Virus record (IMG/VR): IMGVR_UViG_3300037454_000132
Span: 1-58,095 of that record
DNA length: 58,095 nucleotides
Origin: a virus
Strand: one strand, 5' to 3'
Shown here: positions 44,428 to 52,098 of the stretch, piece by piece
How the letters are laid out: the number at the start of each line of letters is the position of its first letter
Position numbering within the stretch: position 1 is the stretch's first letter
Notes under the pieces: model-generated
The model's database searches: none
What the model saw: only the letters and a program-made list of their open reading frames with translations
What the model was told of the DNA's origin: nothing
Made by a program: the position numbers and the translations under genes

Positions 44428-44457
44428 GAGACTACACACGGGGGAGGATAACAGCCA

Positions 44458-44754
44458 ATGAATGAACTGGAAACTGAGCGCCGCTTAACCGCTGTGGAGG
44501 AACGGTCAAAATCGAACACACACCGGATCGACGAGGTTGAAAGACGGCAGGACAACTTTGACAAGCTGGTTTCTTCCGTTGAAGTCCTTGCCACACGGCA
44601 AGAGACTGTCGAAACCGACGTGAAAGAGATCAAAGCAGACGTGAAAGCCCTGACCGAAAAACCCGGCAAACGCTGGGAAAATCTTGTCTGGGAGGTTATC
44701 AAGTTGATTGTCGCTGCGGCAATCGGCTTTGGACTGGCCCACATCGGTTTCTGA
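44458..44754 (+). CDS. xhlA: XhlA-like lysis-associated membrane protein
   Basis: Coiled-coil N-terminus (RLTAVEERSKSNTHRIDEVE) plus a C-terminal TM helix (VIKLIVAAAIGFGLAHIGF). Confidence 0.65.
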   Translation: MNELETERRLTAVEERSKSNTHRIDEVERRQDNFDKLVSSVEVLATRQETVETDVKEIKADVKALTEKPGKRWENLVWEVIKLIVAAAIGFGLAHIGF

Positions 44755-44764
44755 GGGAACGGGC

Positions 44765-45046
44765 ATGGAGTTTTCAAAGAAAATGCTTGTTCTGCAATAC
44801 GCAATATCCTTTGTGCTGGTCGTCGTCACGATCATAGGTACTTTCAAGGGCTATGACGTGACGGCGATTGCCGCACTTGCCGGAGGCTCAATACTGGCGG
44901 ATGGATCATCCACCGCCTTTTATTTCTGGAAAGCCCGTACCGAAAATCGCGCGAAATATGCACAGCGGTTTGTGTCCCGCTTTGCACAAGAGTACGGGAT
45001 CGAGGCTGCTATCAGTCTTTCCGAAACGGTATTCCGCGACAACTGA
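44765..45046 (+). CDS. Holin (two-TM, phi-LC3/SPP1-like)
   Basis: Two hydrophobic helices followed by FYFWKARTENRAKY. Located upstream of the endolysin. Confidence 0.7.
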   Translation: MEFSKKMLVLQYAISFVLVVVTIIGTFKGYDVTAIAALAGGSILADGSSTAFYFWKARTENRAKYAQRFVSRFAQEYGIEAAISLSETVFRDN

Positions 45047-45078
45047 ATAACAGGATCACAAACGAAAGGAGGAACGCT

Positions 45079-46383
45079 ATGTCCTTGAGAGGAAACAGCA
45101 ATGAGGAAAGGATATGGAACTTTCTCAGCGATAAGGGCCTGTCCCCCTGCGGCGTCGGGGGCCTGATGGGAAACCTCTACTGGGAAAGCGCCCTGATCCC
45201 TACCAACTTGCAGAACACGTTTGAAAAGAAGCTGGGCTACACGGACAAGGAATACACCGCCGCCGTGGATAACGGCGTGTACACCAACTTTGCCCGTGAC
45301 GGAGCGGGTTACGGTCTGGCCCAGTGGACGTACCATACCCGCAAGGCGGCTCTGCTGGCCTTTTCTCAGGCCACAGGACGCAGCGTGGGCGACCTTGAGT
45401 GTCAGCTTGACTTTCTGTACAAAGAGCTGTCTGAGAGCTTTAAGAGCCTCCTGACGGCCCTCAAAACCGCTACCACTGTTCGGGCCGCGTCTGACCTTGT
45501 TCTGACGCAGTTTGAGCGCCCCGCCAACATGGGCGAGAGCGTGAAAAAGCAGCGCGCAGAGGCCGGACAGAAGTACGTTGACAAGTACGGCCCGAAACAG
45601 GCCGCAGAAGCCCCCACAGCGCCCGTAGAGCCGCTTAAACCGGAGTTTGGTATCTCTACCCCTATCACGACTGCGGCGCAGCTTGCGGCCAAAGCAAGCC
45701 TTGTAGCGAAGAACTACAAGACGCTGTATGTGATGGGTTGTTTCGGCGCGCCCATGACCGCCGCGAACAAGCCCCGGTACTGCACGAATCACGCCTACAA
45801 CAGACAGGCGGCACGTACCGCCATGATTAAGGCCGCGTCCGCTGACACGTTCGGCTTTGACTGCGTGTGCCTTATCAAAGGTCTGCTGTGGGGCTGGTGC
45901 GGGGACAAGAGCAAGGTTTACGGCGGCGCGCAGTATGCGTCCCGGAACGTCCCTGACATTGGAGCCGATCAGATGATCCGCGTCTGTAAGGACGTGTCTA
46001 CCGATTTCCGCAGCGTGGAGGTCGGGGAAGCGGTCTGGACAGACGGTCATATCGGCGTCTACATCGGGAACGGCCTTGCCGTGGAGTGTACGCCCCGCTG
46101 GGGAAACTGCGTCCAGATCACCGCCTGTAACCGGAGCGTGGCCGGGTATAACCGGCGCGACTGGAAGAAGCACGGCAAACTGCCCTACGTCACCTACGAC
46201 GGCATGACGGGCGGAAACGGCAGCGCCGGGAACGCTACACCGACAAAAACCGTGGACGAGCTGGCGCGGGAAGTGCTGGCCGGGAAGTGGGGCAACGGTG
46301 CTGTCCGCAAGCAGCGGTTGACGGCGGCTGGTTACGACTACGCAGCCGTCCAGAAGCGCGTCAATGAGCTGTTGAAGAAGTGA
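45079..46383 (+). CDS. Multidomain endolysin (lysozyme-like N-terminus, NlpC/P60- or CHAP-like middle, CW_7 C-terminus)
   Basis: GGLMGNLYWES...GYGLAQWT; FDCVCLIKG...GHIGVYIG; VDELAREVLAGKWGNGAVRKQRL..GYDYAAVQKRVNELL. Confidence 0.8.
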   Translation: MSLRGNSNEERIWNFLSDKGLSPCGVGGLMGNLYWESALIPTNLQNTFEKKLGYTDKEYTAAVDNGVYTNFARDGAGYGLAQWTYHTRKAALLAFSQATGRSVGDLECQLDFLYKELSESFKSLLTALKTATTVRAASDLVLTQFERPANMGESVKKQRAEAGQKYVDKYGPKQAAEAPTAPVEPLKPEFGISTPITTAAQLAAKASLVAKNYKTLYVMGCFGAPMTAANKPRYCTNHAYNRQAARTAMIKAASADTFGFDCVCLIKGLLWGWCGDKSKVYGGAQYASRNVPDIGADQMIRVCKDVSTDFRSVEVGEAVWTDGHIGVYIGNGLAVECTPRWGNCVQITACNRSVAGYNRRDWKKHGKLPYVTYDGMTGGNGSAGNATPTKTVDELAREVLAGKWGNGAVRKQRLTAAGYDYAAVQKRVNELLKK

Positions 46384-46389
46384 GCCGGA

Positions 46390-46554
46390 ATGATATTCGG
46401 TAAAATCGTCGTCATAACGGCTCTGGTGTTCTTTACCGTTCTGGCCGTCGCTGCAAACCTGATTTACGATCCGAGGCGGGACGGACGGTGTGACACCACG
46501 AAATGCCGGGACTGCCCGTTCCCTTGTGAACGGCACAACAAAGAAAGGAAGTAA
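46390..46554 (+). CDS. Small membrane protein with Cys-rich tail (54 aa)
   Basis: MIFGKIVVITALVFFTVLAVAANLIY...CDTTKCRDCPFPCE. Below the ORF-track cutoff and the RBS is weak. Confidence 0.4.
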   Translation: MIFGKIVVITALVFFTVLAVAANLIYDPRRDGRCDTTKCRDCPFPCERHNKERK

Positions 46555-46560
46555 AAGCCT

Positions 46561-46866
46561 ATGGACATTACCCCCATTGTTCGGGCGGTTATCGCCCTGC
46601 TTATGGCGGTGTTGACCTGCGTGATTATTCCCCTGATCCGGGAGAAAGTCAGCGCAGATCAGCTTGCCATTATCAAAATGTGGGTCGGGATCGCCGTCAA
46701 AGCCGCTGAACAGATTTTCGTCGGCAGCGGCAAAGGCAAGGAAAAGAAAGCCTACGTTATTGACTTTCTGGAAAGCAAAGGTTTCAAGCTGGACGAAGAT
46801 AGCCTTGATAATTTGATCGAATCGGCTGTCTTGGAGCTGAAACAGGCCACCGAAACAAGCGAATAA
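46561..46866 (+). CDS. Holin, LL-H-like
   Basis: N-terminal TM helix (IVRAVIALLMAVLTCVIIPLI), then VGIAVKAAEQIF...KGKEKKAYV. Confidence 0.65.
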   Translation: MDITPIVRAVIALLMAVLTCVIIPLIREKVSADQLAIIKMWVGIAVKAAEQIFVGSGKGKEKKAYVIDFLESKGFKLDEDSLDNLIESAVLELKQATETSE

Positions 46867-46876
46867 ACTACACACA

Positions 46877-46924
46877 AGAGAGCCGCACGAGGTCGGATTG
46901 TCCGTCCCGTGCGGCTCTTTTTTG
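46877..46924 (+). terminator. Rho-independent terminator closing the late operon
   Basis: AGAGCCGCACG-loop-CGTGCGGCTCT followed by TTTTTTG. Confidence 0.8.
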
Positions 46925-46937
46925 TTGCCTATAAGCC

Positions 46938-47210
46938 GGTAAACAGATTGGTCTACAAAGTGGGCTACAGTTTCGGAAAGTTTGTAGACTTTGTAGACCG
47001 GCGCGGTCTACAAATAAACAGATTTTTTGCAACTGTAGACCGATTTGTAGACCGTTCAAAGCCTTGTGTATCAAGGGTTTTCAGCTATTCGTAAACAGAT
47101 AAACAGATATTTCTAATAGACTTATGAAAACAGAGGAATTAGGCGGTAAAACCCCGCCTGACACGCCTATACGCATATGTCATATACGCGCGCGTGTATT
47201 TGTAGACCGA
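46938..47210. repeat. Composite iteron-rich intergenic element, copy C
   Basis: GTCTACA/TGTAGAC at 46951, 46983, 46992, 47006, 47034, 47046 and 47201. AAACAGATAAACAGAT. Hairpins. TATACGCGCGCGTG at 47183-47196. Confidence 0.9.
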
Positions 47211-47269
47211 GGGCAAAAACGCGGTGTGTATGCGTCTTTTGGCTGGTCGAAAAATTTTCCAAAAAATTT

Positions 47270-47334
47270 AGTCAAAAGTTATTGACAAGTCTATGAACGT
47301 GTGCTATAATTCAGACAGTCAAAAAACTTTGACT
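47270..47334 (+). promoter_or_regulatory. Early promoter with two flanking operators
   Basis: AGTCAA-N6-TTGACA (47270-47287; TTGACA is the -35), 17 nt, TATAAT at 47305-47310, then AGTCAA-N6-TTGACT at 47317-47334. Confidence 0.75.
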
Positions 47335-47376
47335 AAAACGACAACCGAAACGCGACACGCGAAAGGAGATAACACG

Positions 47377-47550
47377 ATGAAATACTTTGTGATCGCCACC
47401 AAATGGGACAGTGAAAAGGAAGCAGCAGTCAAGTACATTGCCGGTGAGTTCGACAGCTACATGAACGCCTCCCTTTTCCGGGATGCCTACAACAAGCACT
47501 ACAGCGCACACGCGAAAGTCGTTGAGGCTTTCAATCTGGTAAACGCTTGA
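47377..47550 (+). CDS. Hypothetical protein (57 aa)
   Basis: AAAGGAG lies before ATG47377 (MKYFVIATKW). The longer ORF from 47293 would start inside the promoter. Confidence 0.55.
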   Translation: MKYFVIATKWDSEKEAAVKYIAGEFDSYMNASLFRDAYNKHYSAHAKVVEAFNLVNA

Positions 47551-47571
47551 GACGGTAAGGAGGTAGAGACA

Positions 47572-47829
47572 ATGATTAAGTTCTACAAGGTCAAAGATAC
47601 GGAGATCAGAAAGGCCGCGAAAGTGGACGAGGATGGAAAGGTTGTGGCGGTGGTCGCAATCATCGGACGGATCGGTGAGCTGGTTGAACGCGAGATCATC
47701 AGCGACGTAGAGAATTTCAACCGTGTCCGGGATCGCTGGTTGGTTATGCCGAAAGAGGCAATCGACACGGAACGCTGCGACGTAACCTATGAGACGCTTG
47801 CAGAGGCGAAAGCGAGTATCGCAGAGTGA
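47572..47829 (+). CDS. Hypothetical protein (85 aa)
   Basis: AAGGAGG lies upstream. A GC hairpin follows at 47830-47845. Confidence 0.6.
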   Translation: MIKFYKVKDTEIRKAAKVDEDGKVVAVVAIIGRIGELVEREIISDVENFNRVRDRWLVMPKEAIDTERCDVTYETLAEAKASIAE

Positions 47830-47897
47830 CGCCCCTCCGGGGGCGGTAATGCGGGAGGCCGGTCACAACCCCGGCCACAGAAAGAGAGGCAAGAGCA

Positions 47898-48140
47898 ATG
47901 ACCAGAGCTGAGTATATGAAACGGGCGTTTGACGCATGGAGCGCCGGGAAGATCGACGAAGAAACCTACGACGCTATGATGCTCAATGCGGACGTGTTCT
48001 GCGACGACGAGGACGACGACACTGACGAGCGGTTGCCGGACACCTACGCTGAGATCGAGTACGAGGACTTTGACGACCCCGAAGCGATTGAGGGCGCGAA
48101 GTGGGACGACCTGAATTACCTGCACTACATGGAGCGGTAA
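47898..48140 (+). CDS. Hypothetical acidic protein (80 aa)
   Basis: Clean ORF with an acidic DDEDDDTDE tract. Confidence 0.6.
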   Translation: MTRAEYMKRAFDAWSAGKIDEETYDAMMLNADVFCDDEDDDTDERLPDTYAEIEYEDFDDPEAIEGAKWDDLNYLHYMER

Positions 48141-48145
48141 GGCAC

Positions 48146-48355
48146 ATGACGGCATGGGAAAAGGAAAAAGCCTACTGCGCCCGACGCGCTGAAAAGCTGG
48201 GCGCGGAAATGGACGCCGCGATAGAGGCGGGAGATCGGGAGCGGTTTATTGCTGCCTACCAGACGGCCATGAGGTATATGACCGTAAAGCGGAGATCACA
48301 GTATTTCAGAAAGTGGCTGGAAAGTCCGAACAGAGAAAGGAGCTACACGAAATGA
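48146..48355 (+). CDS. Hypothetical protein (69 aa)
   Basis: Internal ATG (MTAWEKEKAY) of ORF 48101..48355. Confidence 0.5.
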   Translation: MTAWEKEKAYCARRAEKLGAEMDAAIEAGDRERFIAAYQTAMRYMTVKRRSQYFRKWLESPNRERSYTK

Positions 48356-48717
48356 CGAGGATGAACAATGGAACGTACAACATGGCGACGGCAAAGGACG
48401 TGGCCGTGTTCGTGGACGAGGCGAACGCTATGATCGAAAAGTACGGCTGGCAGGATCGAACGGTCATGCCGTACAGCTACCCCGAAAAGGTCACGAAGAT
48501 CGTGAACGAGCTGCGCGACTACAGCAGATGCACCACCGGCAGCAAGCACTACCTGATCGCCCTTGCAAACGGGCTGGCTGACATTCTGGAAGCGTGGGAG
48601 CGCCACGAGCTGGAACCGAAACGTACCATCCGTTCCAAAAAGACCGGCAAGATCGTAGAGGTCAGCTTTGACATTGCGCAGGAGTTGATCGAGGACGGTT
48701 ACGCCGAGGCAGTTTGA
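48352..48717 (+). CDS. Hypothetical protein (121 aa)
   Basis: AAAGGAG-ctacacgaa-ATG48352. A 10-bp GC hairpin follows at 48726-48749. Confidence 0.6.
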   Translation: MTRMNNGTYNMATAKDVAVFVDEANAMIEKYGWQDRTVMPYSYPEKVTKIVNELRDYSRCTTGSKHYLIALANGLADILEAWERHELEPKRTIRSKKTGKIVEVSFDIAQELIEDGYAEAV

Positions 48718-48771
48718 AACCGGCAGTCCCGCCCCTCCGGGGGCGGGACGTTATACGAAAGGGAGGGAAAC

Positions 48772-48984
48772 ATGAGGGTTTACATCGTCGAGTACCGGCA
48801 CTACGACAAGCTGTTTGACCGCTGGATCAGCGCCGTATCTCAGGAGGGGTACACTACCCTACAGGCGGCACAGGCGTTCATCGAATCCCGTGCAAACGAG
48901 CCGTCGAAGCAGACCGAATACTATTATCAGACCCCGCTACTGGAAGAATACTACATCACCGAGGTTGCAATCCGGGAGGCGTAG
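48772..48984 (+). CDS. Hypothetical protein (70 aa)
   Basis: GGGAGGG lies upstream. A terminator follows the gene. Confidence 0.6.
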   Translation: MRVYIVEYRHYDKLFDRWISAVSQEGYTTLQAAQAFIESRANEPSKQTEYYYQTPLLEEYYITEVAIREA

Positions 48985-49004
48985 AACTACACACAGTAAA
49001 GATA

Positions 49005-49038
49005 TTTTGACCGGTCAATCGTGGCCGGTCAAAAATTT
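49005..49038. terminator. Bidirectional-looking terminator hairpin
   Basis: TTTTGACCGG-10 nt-CCGGTCAAAA followed by ATTT. Confidence 0.55.
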
Positions 49039-49050
49039 CTTACAAAATAT

Positions 49051-49115
49051 AGTCAAAAGGTGTTGACAAGTCTATGTTCGTTTGCTATACTGTGCATAGT
49101 CAAAAATCATTGACT
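49051..49115 (+). promoter_or_regulatory. Early promoter with two flanking operators (paralog of 47270-47334)
   Basis: AGTCAA-N6-TTGACA (49051-49068), 17 nt, TATACT at 49086-49091, then AGTCAA-N6-TTGACT at 49098-49115. Confidence 0.75.
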
Positions 49116-49155
49116 GAACACGATAAGCGACAAGCGAAAAACGGAGGTACGCGAA

Positions 49156-49488
49156 ATGACAGACCTGAGAACTTTCAACGACACCATCAAGGCGGCTGTG
49201 GCCCGTGAGCGTGAGGCTGACGCAAATTGGAGCTGGAATATCAAGGCCGTCAATAAGAGCTGCGTCAAGATCGGCTGGGGCTATCTGGACTACATCGGAG
49301 AAAAGGACTGCTTCAAGGTCGAGGTTACTGAGGACGAAGCCTTTACCGTGGTTGTCGGCACGATGCCGAACGGCTGCAAGCATCACGCTTTCATCGGCCC
49401 TGACCGCTGGGACGACGCAAAGACCATTGAGGGCGGTATCTCCCAGATCATTCACAGCATGGCGCGCAGCGCCCACAACACGTACTGA
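49156..49488 (+). CDS. Hypothetical protein (110 aa)
   Basis: ACGGAGG lies upstream. No family recognised. Confidence 0.6.
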   Translation: MTDLRTFNDTIKAAVAREREADANWSWNIKAVNKSCVKIGWGYLDYIGEKDCFKVEVTEDEAFTVVVGTMPNGCKHHAFIGPDRWDDAKTIEGGISQIIHSMARSAHNTY

Positions 49489-49503
49489 GGGGAGGCGTGA
49501 ACG

Positions 49504-49698
49504 ATGTACAAGAGCTTTTCCGTAGGAGATAAGGTTACGTTGACCGAAAGCGCGCGTCGTCAGAACGTCGCCCCTGAGAAATATCAGATCGGCGTCATTA
49601 CGGCTGTGGGATCGTGGAACATCTATGACGTGAAGTGGAACGGCATTGACCGCCCTATCGGTATGCGGGGCGACGAGATTCAGGGGGTGCAGGAATGA
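49504..49698 (+). CDS. Hypothetical protein (64 aa)
   Basis: Clean ORF whose stop overlaps the next gene's ATG (ATGA). Confidence 0.55.
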   Translation: MYKSFSVGDKVTLTESARRQNVAPEKYQIGVITAVGSWNIYDVKWNGIDRPIGMRGDEIQGVQE

Positions 49699-49973
49699 GC
49701 GTGTTCACTGAGTACGATTTCCGGCAGATGCACGTCAACGCGGCGCGGATGCCGCTGTGCGTCGGGAAGCTCCGCAAGATCGCCCACGCGGATAGCAACT
49801 GGGAATACTACTACGATCCGCAGGGCGGCTTTTGCAGGGCCATAGCGAAACCGGAAAGCGGCGCGGGATCGTCCGTGTTCGGTAAGGTCAGCTACGTTCG
49901 ACAGCTTGTGCGGGAGGGCAGGATCAAGCCCTCCACGCTCACGAAATACGGTAGGAGGTTATTGAGAACATGA
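49695..49973 (+). CDS. Hypothetical protein (92 aa)
   Basis: Operon-style overlaps at both ends. Confidence 0.55.
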   Translation: MSVFTEYDFRQMHVNAARMPLCVGKLRKIAHADSNWEYYYDPQGGFCRAIAKPESGAGSSVFGKVSYVRQLVREGRIKPSTLTKYGRRLLRT

Positions 49974-50167
49974 AACGCTGTAAGCTCTGCGGTGTTGAGA
50001 TCGTCCCCGGCGAAAACGGCTGTACGATGTACGACACCTGCTTTACCTGCAAGCCGATTCACTATCCGAAACAGCAAAAACGAAACTGGATGCCGCTGAA
50101 CGTAACCCCGATGGTGGATTTTGAAAATCTGATCCTTGAGCGGCAGGAAATGGAGGAATTGGCATGA
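49970..50167 (+). CDS. Small zinc-ribbon protein (65 aa)
   Basis: CKLCG...CTMYDTCFTCK. Confidence 0.55.
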   Translation: MKRCKLCGVEIVPGENGCTMYDTCFTCKPIHYPKQQKRNWMPLNVTPMVDFENLILERQEMEELA

Positions 50168-50331
50168 GAGCGAGACGACAGAAAAGAAAGACCGTTTGGG
50201 CCTATCTGGACGGAAAGCGGCTGGTAGACGTGGTACAGGCCGCGCTTGACAATAACATGACGGTGGACGACCTGAAAGCTGTCCTGATCCGGGAGAATCC
50301 CGGCCATACCGTGACATTCAAAGTGGAATAA
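50164..50331 (+). CDS. Hypothetical protein (55 aa)
   Basis: GGAGG lies 7 nt before ATG50164. Below the ORF-track cutoff. Confidence 0.5.
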   Translation: MRARRQKRKTVWAYLDGKRLVDVVQAALDNNMTVDDLKAVLIRENPGHTVTFKVE

Positions 50332-50351
50332 GAGAAAGGGAGGCAACTGAA

Positions 50352-51263
50352 ATGACGTATTACGAGATCAATGAGAACGCCGCGCGCAGGGCAAAGGAAA
50401 TGAACAGCTTTTCCGATTACCGGGAGGGCGAAGCTACACAGGAATACAGGCGGATGGTGGACAAGGCTGTGCAGATCGCAGAACGGCAGAAGTCCCGCGT
50501 CGATTCCATGTACCATGAGAAGATTGACCGGCTGCTGGACACCTACGCCCGGAAGCTGGCCGACAACCTGAATCACCGCTACGAGATTGACGCTCGTGTT
50601 CCGTCCGTGATGATCGCTGGCCCCGCAAACTTTCCCGTCCGCAAGAAAGAAAAGCAGAATGCAGCGCGGGACACCAATGATGCGGAGTACCGGGAGATTC
50701 AGGAGATTCTTTCCCGGATTCAGAGTTGCGGCATGGGCGGCATTATGAGCGACGACGAGAACGCCCTTGCGAAGCTCCGGGCGAAGCTCAAGGCCCTTGA
50801 GGGCTTGCAGGAACACATGAAAGCGGCGAACGCCTACTACCGGAAGCACGGGACGCTTGACGGATGCCCGGAGGCGTCTGACGAGGTAAGGCGTCAGATG
50901 GAAGCGGATCACCTGACCGCTCCGAAAAATCAGCCGTACCCCGGCTGGGCGCTGTCGAACAACAACGCGAACATTCACCGCGTCCGGGATCGGATCGCCG
51001 CGCTTGAGAAAGAGGCGGCGAGAGCTGCGGAACAGGCCGACGCTGCCCCGGAACAGGGCGACGGCTACATTCTCAAGGAAAACTTTGAGCTGTGCCGGAT
51101 TCAGTTCATCTTTGACGGCAAGCCGGACGACGATACCCGCGCCCTGCTCAAGTCCTACGGTTTTCGCTGGTCGCCGTCTCAGGGCGCATGGCAGAGGATG
51201 TTGAATGACAACGGGCGGTATGCGGCTGAGAGGATCAAGGAAAGGCTGGCCGCGAATGGCTGA
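50352..51263 (+). CDS. DUF3560-like protein
   Basis: The C-terminal CRIQFIFDGKPDDDTRALLKSYGFRWSPSQGAWQR resembles DUF3560 proteins of conjugative elements and phages (recalled from memory). Confidence 0.55.
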   Translation: MTYYEINENAARRAKEMNSFSDYREGEATQEYRRMVDKAVQIAERQKSRVDSMYHEKIDRLLDTYARKLADNLNHRYEIDARVPSVMIAGPANFPVRKKEKQNAARDTNDAEYREIQEILSRIQSCGMGGIMSDDENALAKLRAKLKALEGLQEHMKAANAYYRKHGTLDGCPEASDEVRRQMEADHLTAPKNQPYPGWALSNNNANIHRVRDRIAALEKEAARAAEQADAAPEQGDGYILKENFELCRIQFIFDGKPDDDTRALLKSYGFRWSPSQGAWQRMLNDNGRYAAERIKERLAANG

Positions 51264-51432
51264 GTACAGATGCCGCTTTTGCGGCGAGGAATTTTCCAAA
51301 GAGGACTTGCGGGAGCTGCGGGAAATGGGAGAGGCGTACAGTCTGGACGGGGCGGATTTCATCTGCCCGGACTGCTACGACACCTTTTCCCGGCTCACGC
51401 CGGAGGATCAGATCAAAGAACTGCTGCGGTAA
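51256..51432 (+). CDS. Small zinc-ribbon protein (58 aa)
   Basis: MAEYRCRFCG...FICPDCY. Overlaps the previous gene's end. Confidence 0.5.
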   Translation: MAEYRCRFCGEEFSKEDLRELREMGEAYSLDGADFICPDCYDTFSRLTPEDQIKELLR

Positions 51433-51459
51433 CGCTACACAAGAAGAAAGGAAAAAACC

Positions 51460-51882
51460 ATGATTCAGATTACAGATTTCAAACCCGGACAGATAGTTTT
51501 CGTTTCTTGTTGGAGAGGTCAGTTTTGCTATACAGGCGGCAAGCACTTTTGCAAGAAAGAGGTAATTGAGACGGTTGATTATGACCGGGACTGTGTTACA
51601 TTGGCCGAATTACCCGGTATGCGGCCTCTTTTCATTAGTCTCGCGGAGGGTTGTTTAATCGAAGAACCCGATCGTTCTGCTTATTTCCCAGACCTGTTTA
51701 CCACAAAAGCCTATTTGACAGAGGAAGATTGTCGGAAAGGCGCAGATCGGCCAAAGCTGATAAAGAAAATCCGAACACGTTTTCATGGAGAGAAAGCGTT
51801 TGAGTTGAGCCATGACCAACTCAAAGCGATTGATGAAGCGATCACCACAATTATTGAGGGCGAAGCCGCTAAAGAAGATTGA
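51460..51882 (+). CDS. Hypothetical protein (140 aa), visibly AT-richer than its neighbours
   Basis: Clean ORF bracketed by identical AACGCTACAC 10-mers at 51431-51440 and 51887-51896. Confidence 0.6.
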   Translation: MIQITDFKPGQIVFVSCWRGQFCYTGGKHFCKKEVIETVDYDRDCVTLAELPGMRPLFISLAEGCLIEEPDRSAYFPDLFTTKAYLTEEDCRKGADRPKLIKKIRTRFHGEKAFELSHDQLKAIDEAITTIIEGEAAKED

Positions 51883-51918
51883 CTGGAACGCTACACCAAA
51901 GGACGGAGGTAAAAGGGG

Positions 51919-52098
51919 ATGGAAAACGTATTCGGGGGCGCGGCTGTGCTGTGCATCTATCTTGGGCCGCTGCTGTTGGCACTGGCCGTAGGCGGGTTTA
52001 TTTCGGACGTACTTTTGCCGCGCTGCCCGTTCCTGCTCCGTCTGCTGGAACGGCTGACCGGCGTAGATTTAGGAGGTAATGACTATGAGGACGATTGA
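51919..52098 (+). CDS. Small membrane protein (59 aa)
   Basis: GGAGG lies 9 nt before ATG51919 (MENVFGGAAVLCIYLGPLLLALAVGGFI). Preferred over the Arg-rich ORF 51879..52079. Confidence 0.45.
   Translation: MENVFGGAAVLCIYLGPLLLALAVGGFISDVLLPRCPFLLRLLERLTGVDLGGNDYEDD

Noticed and set aside
44920-46875. 651-aa ORF on the - strand opposite the endolysin/holin genes. Similar long antisense ORFs occur at 904..2055, 10908..12182, 20028..20882, 21966..23036, 32148..33047, 34469..35437, 40551..41672 and 50202..51362.
   Set aside because: They are shadow ORFs typical of GC-rich DNA. They are Arg/Gly/Val/Pro-rich and low in complexity, have no RBS, and each lies opposite a + strand gene with clear family motifs.
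51879-52079. 66-aa ORF from the ORF track.
   Set aside because: It is Arg-rich with a non-ATG start. The overlapping frame from ATG51919 has a proper GGAGG RBS and encodes a plausible membrane helix.
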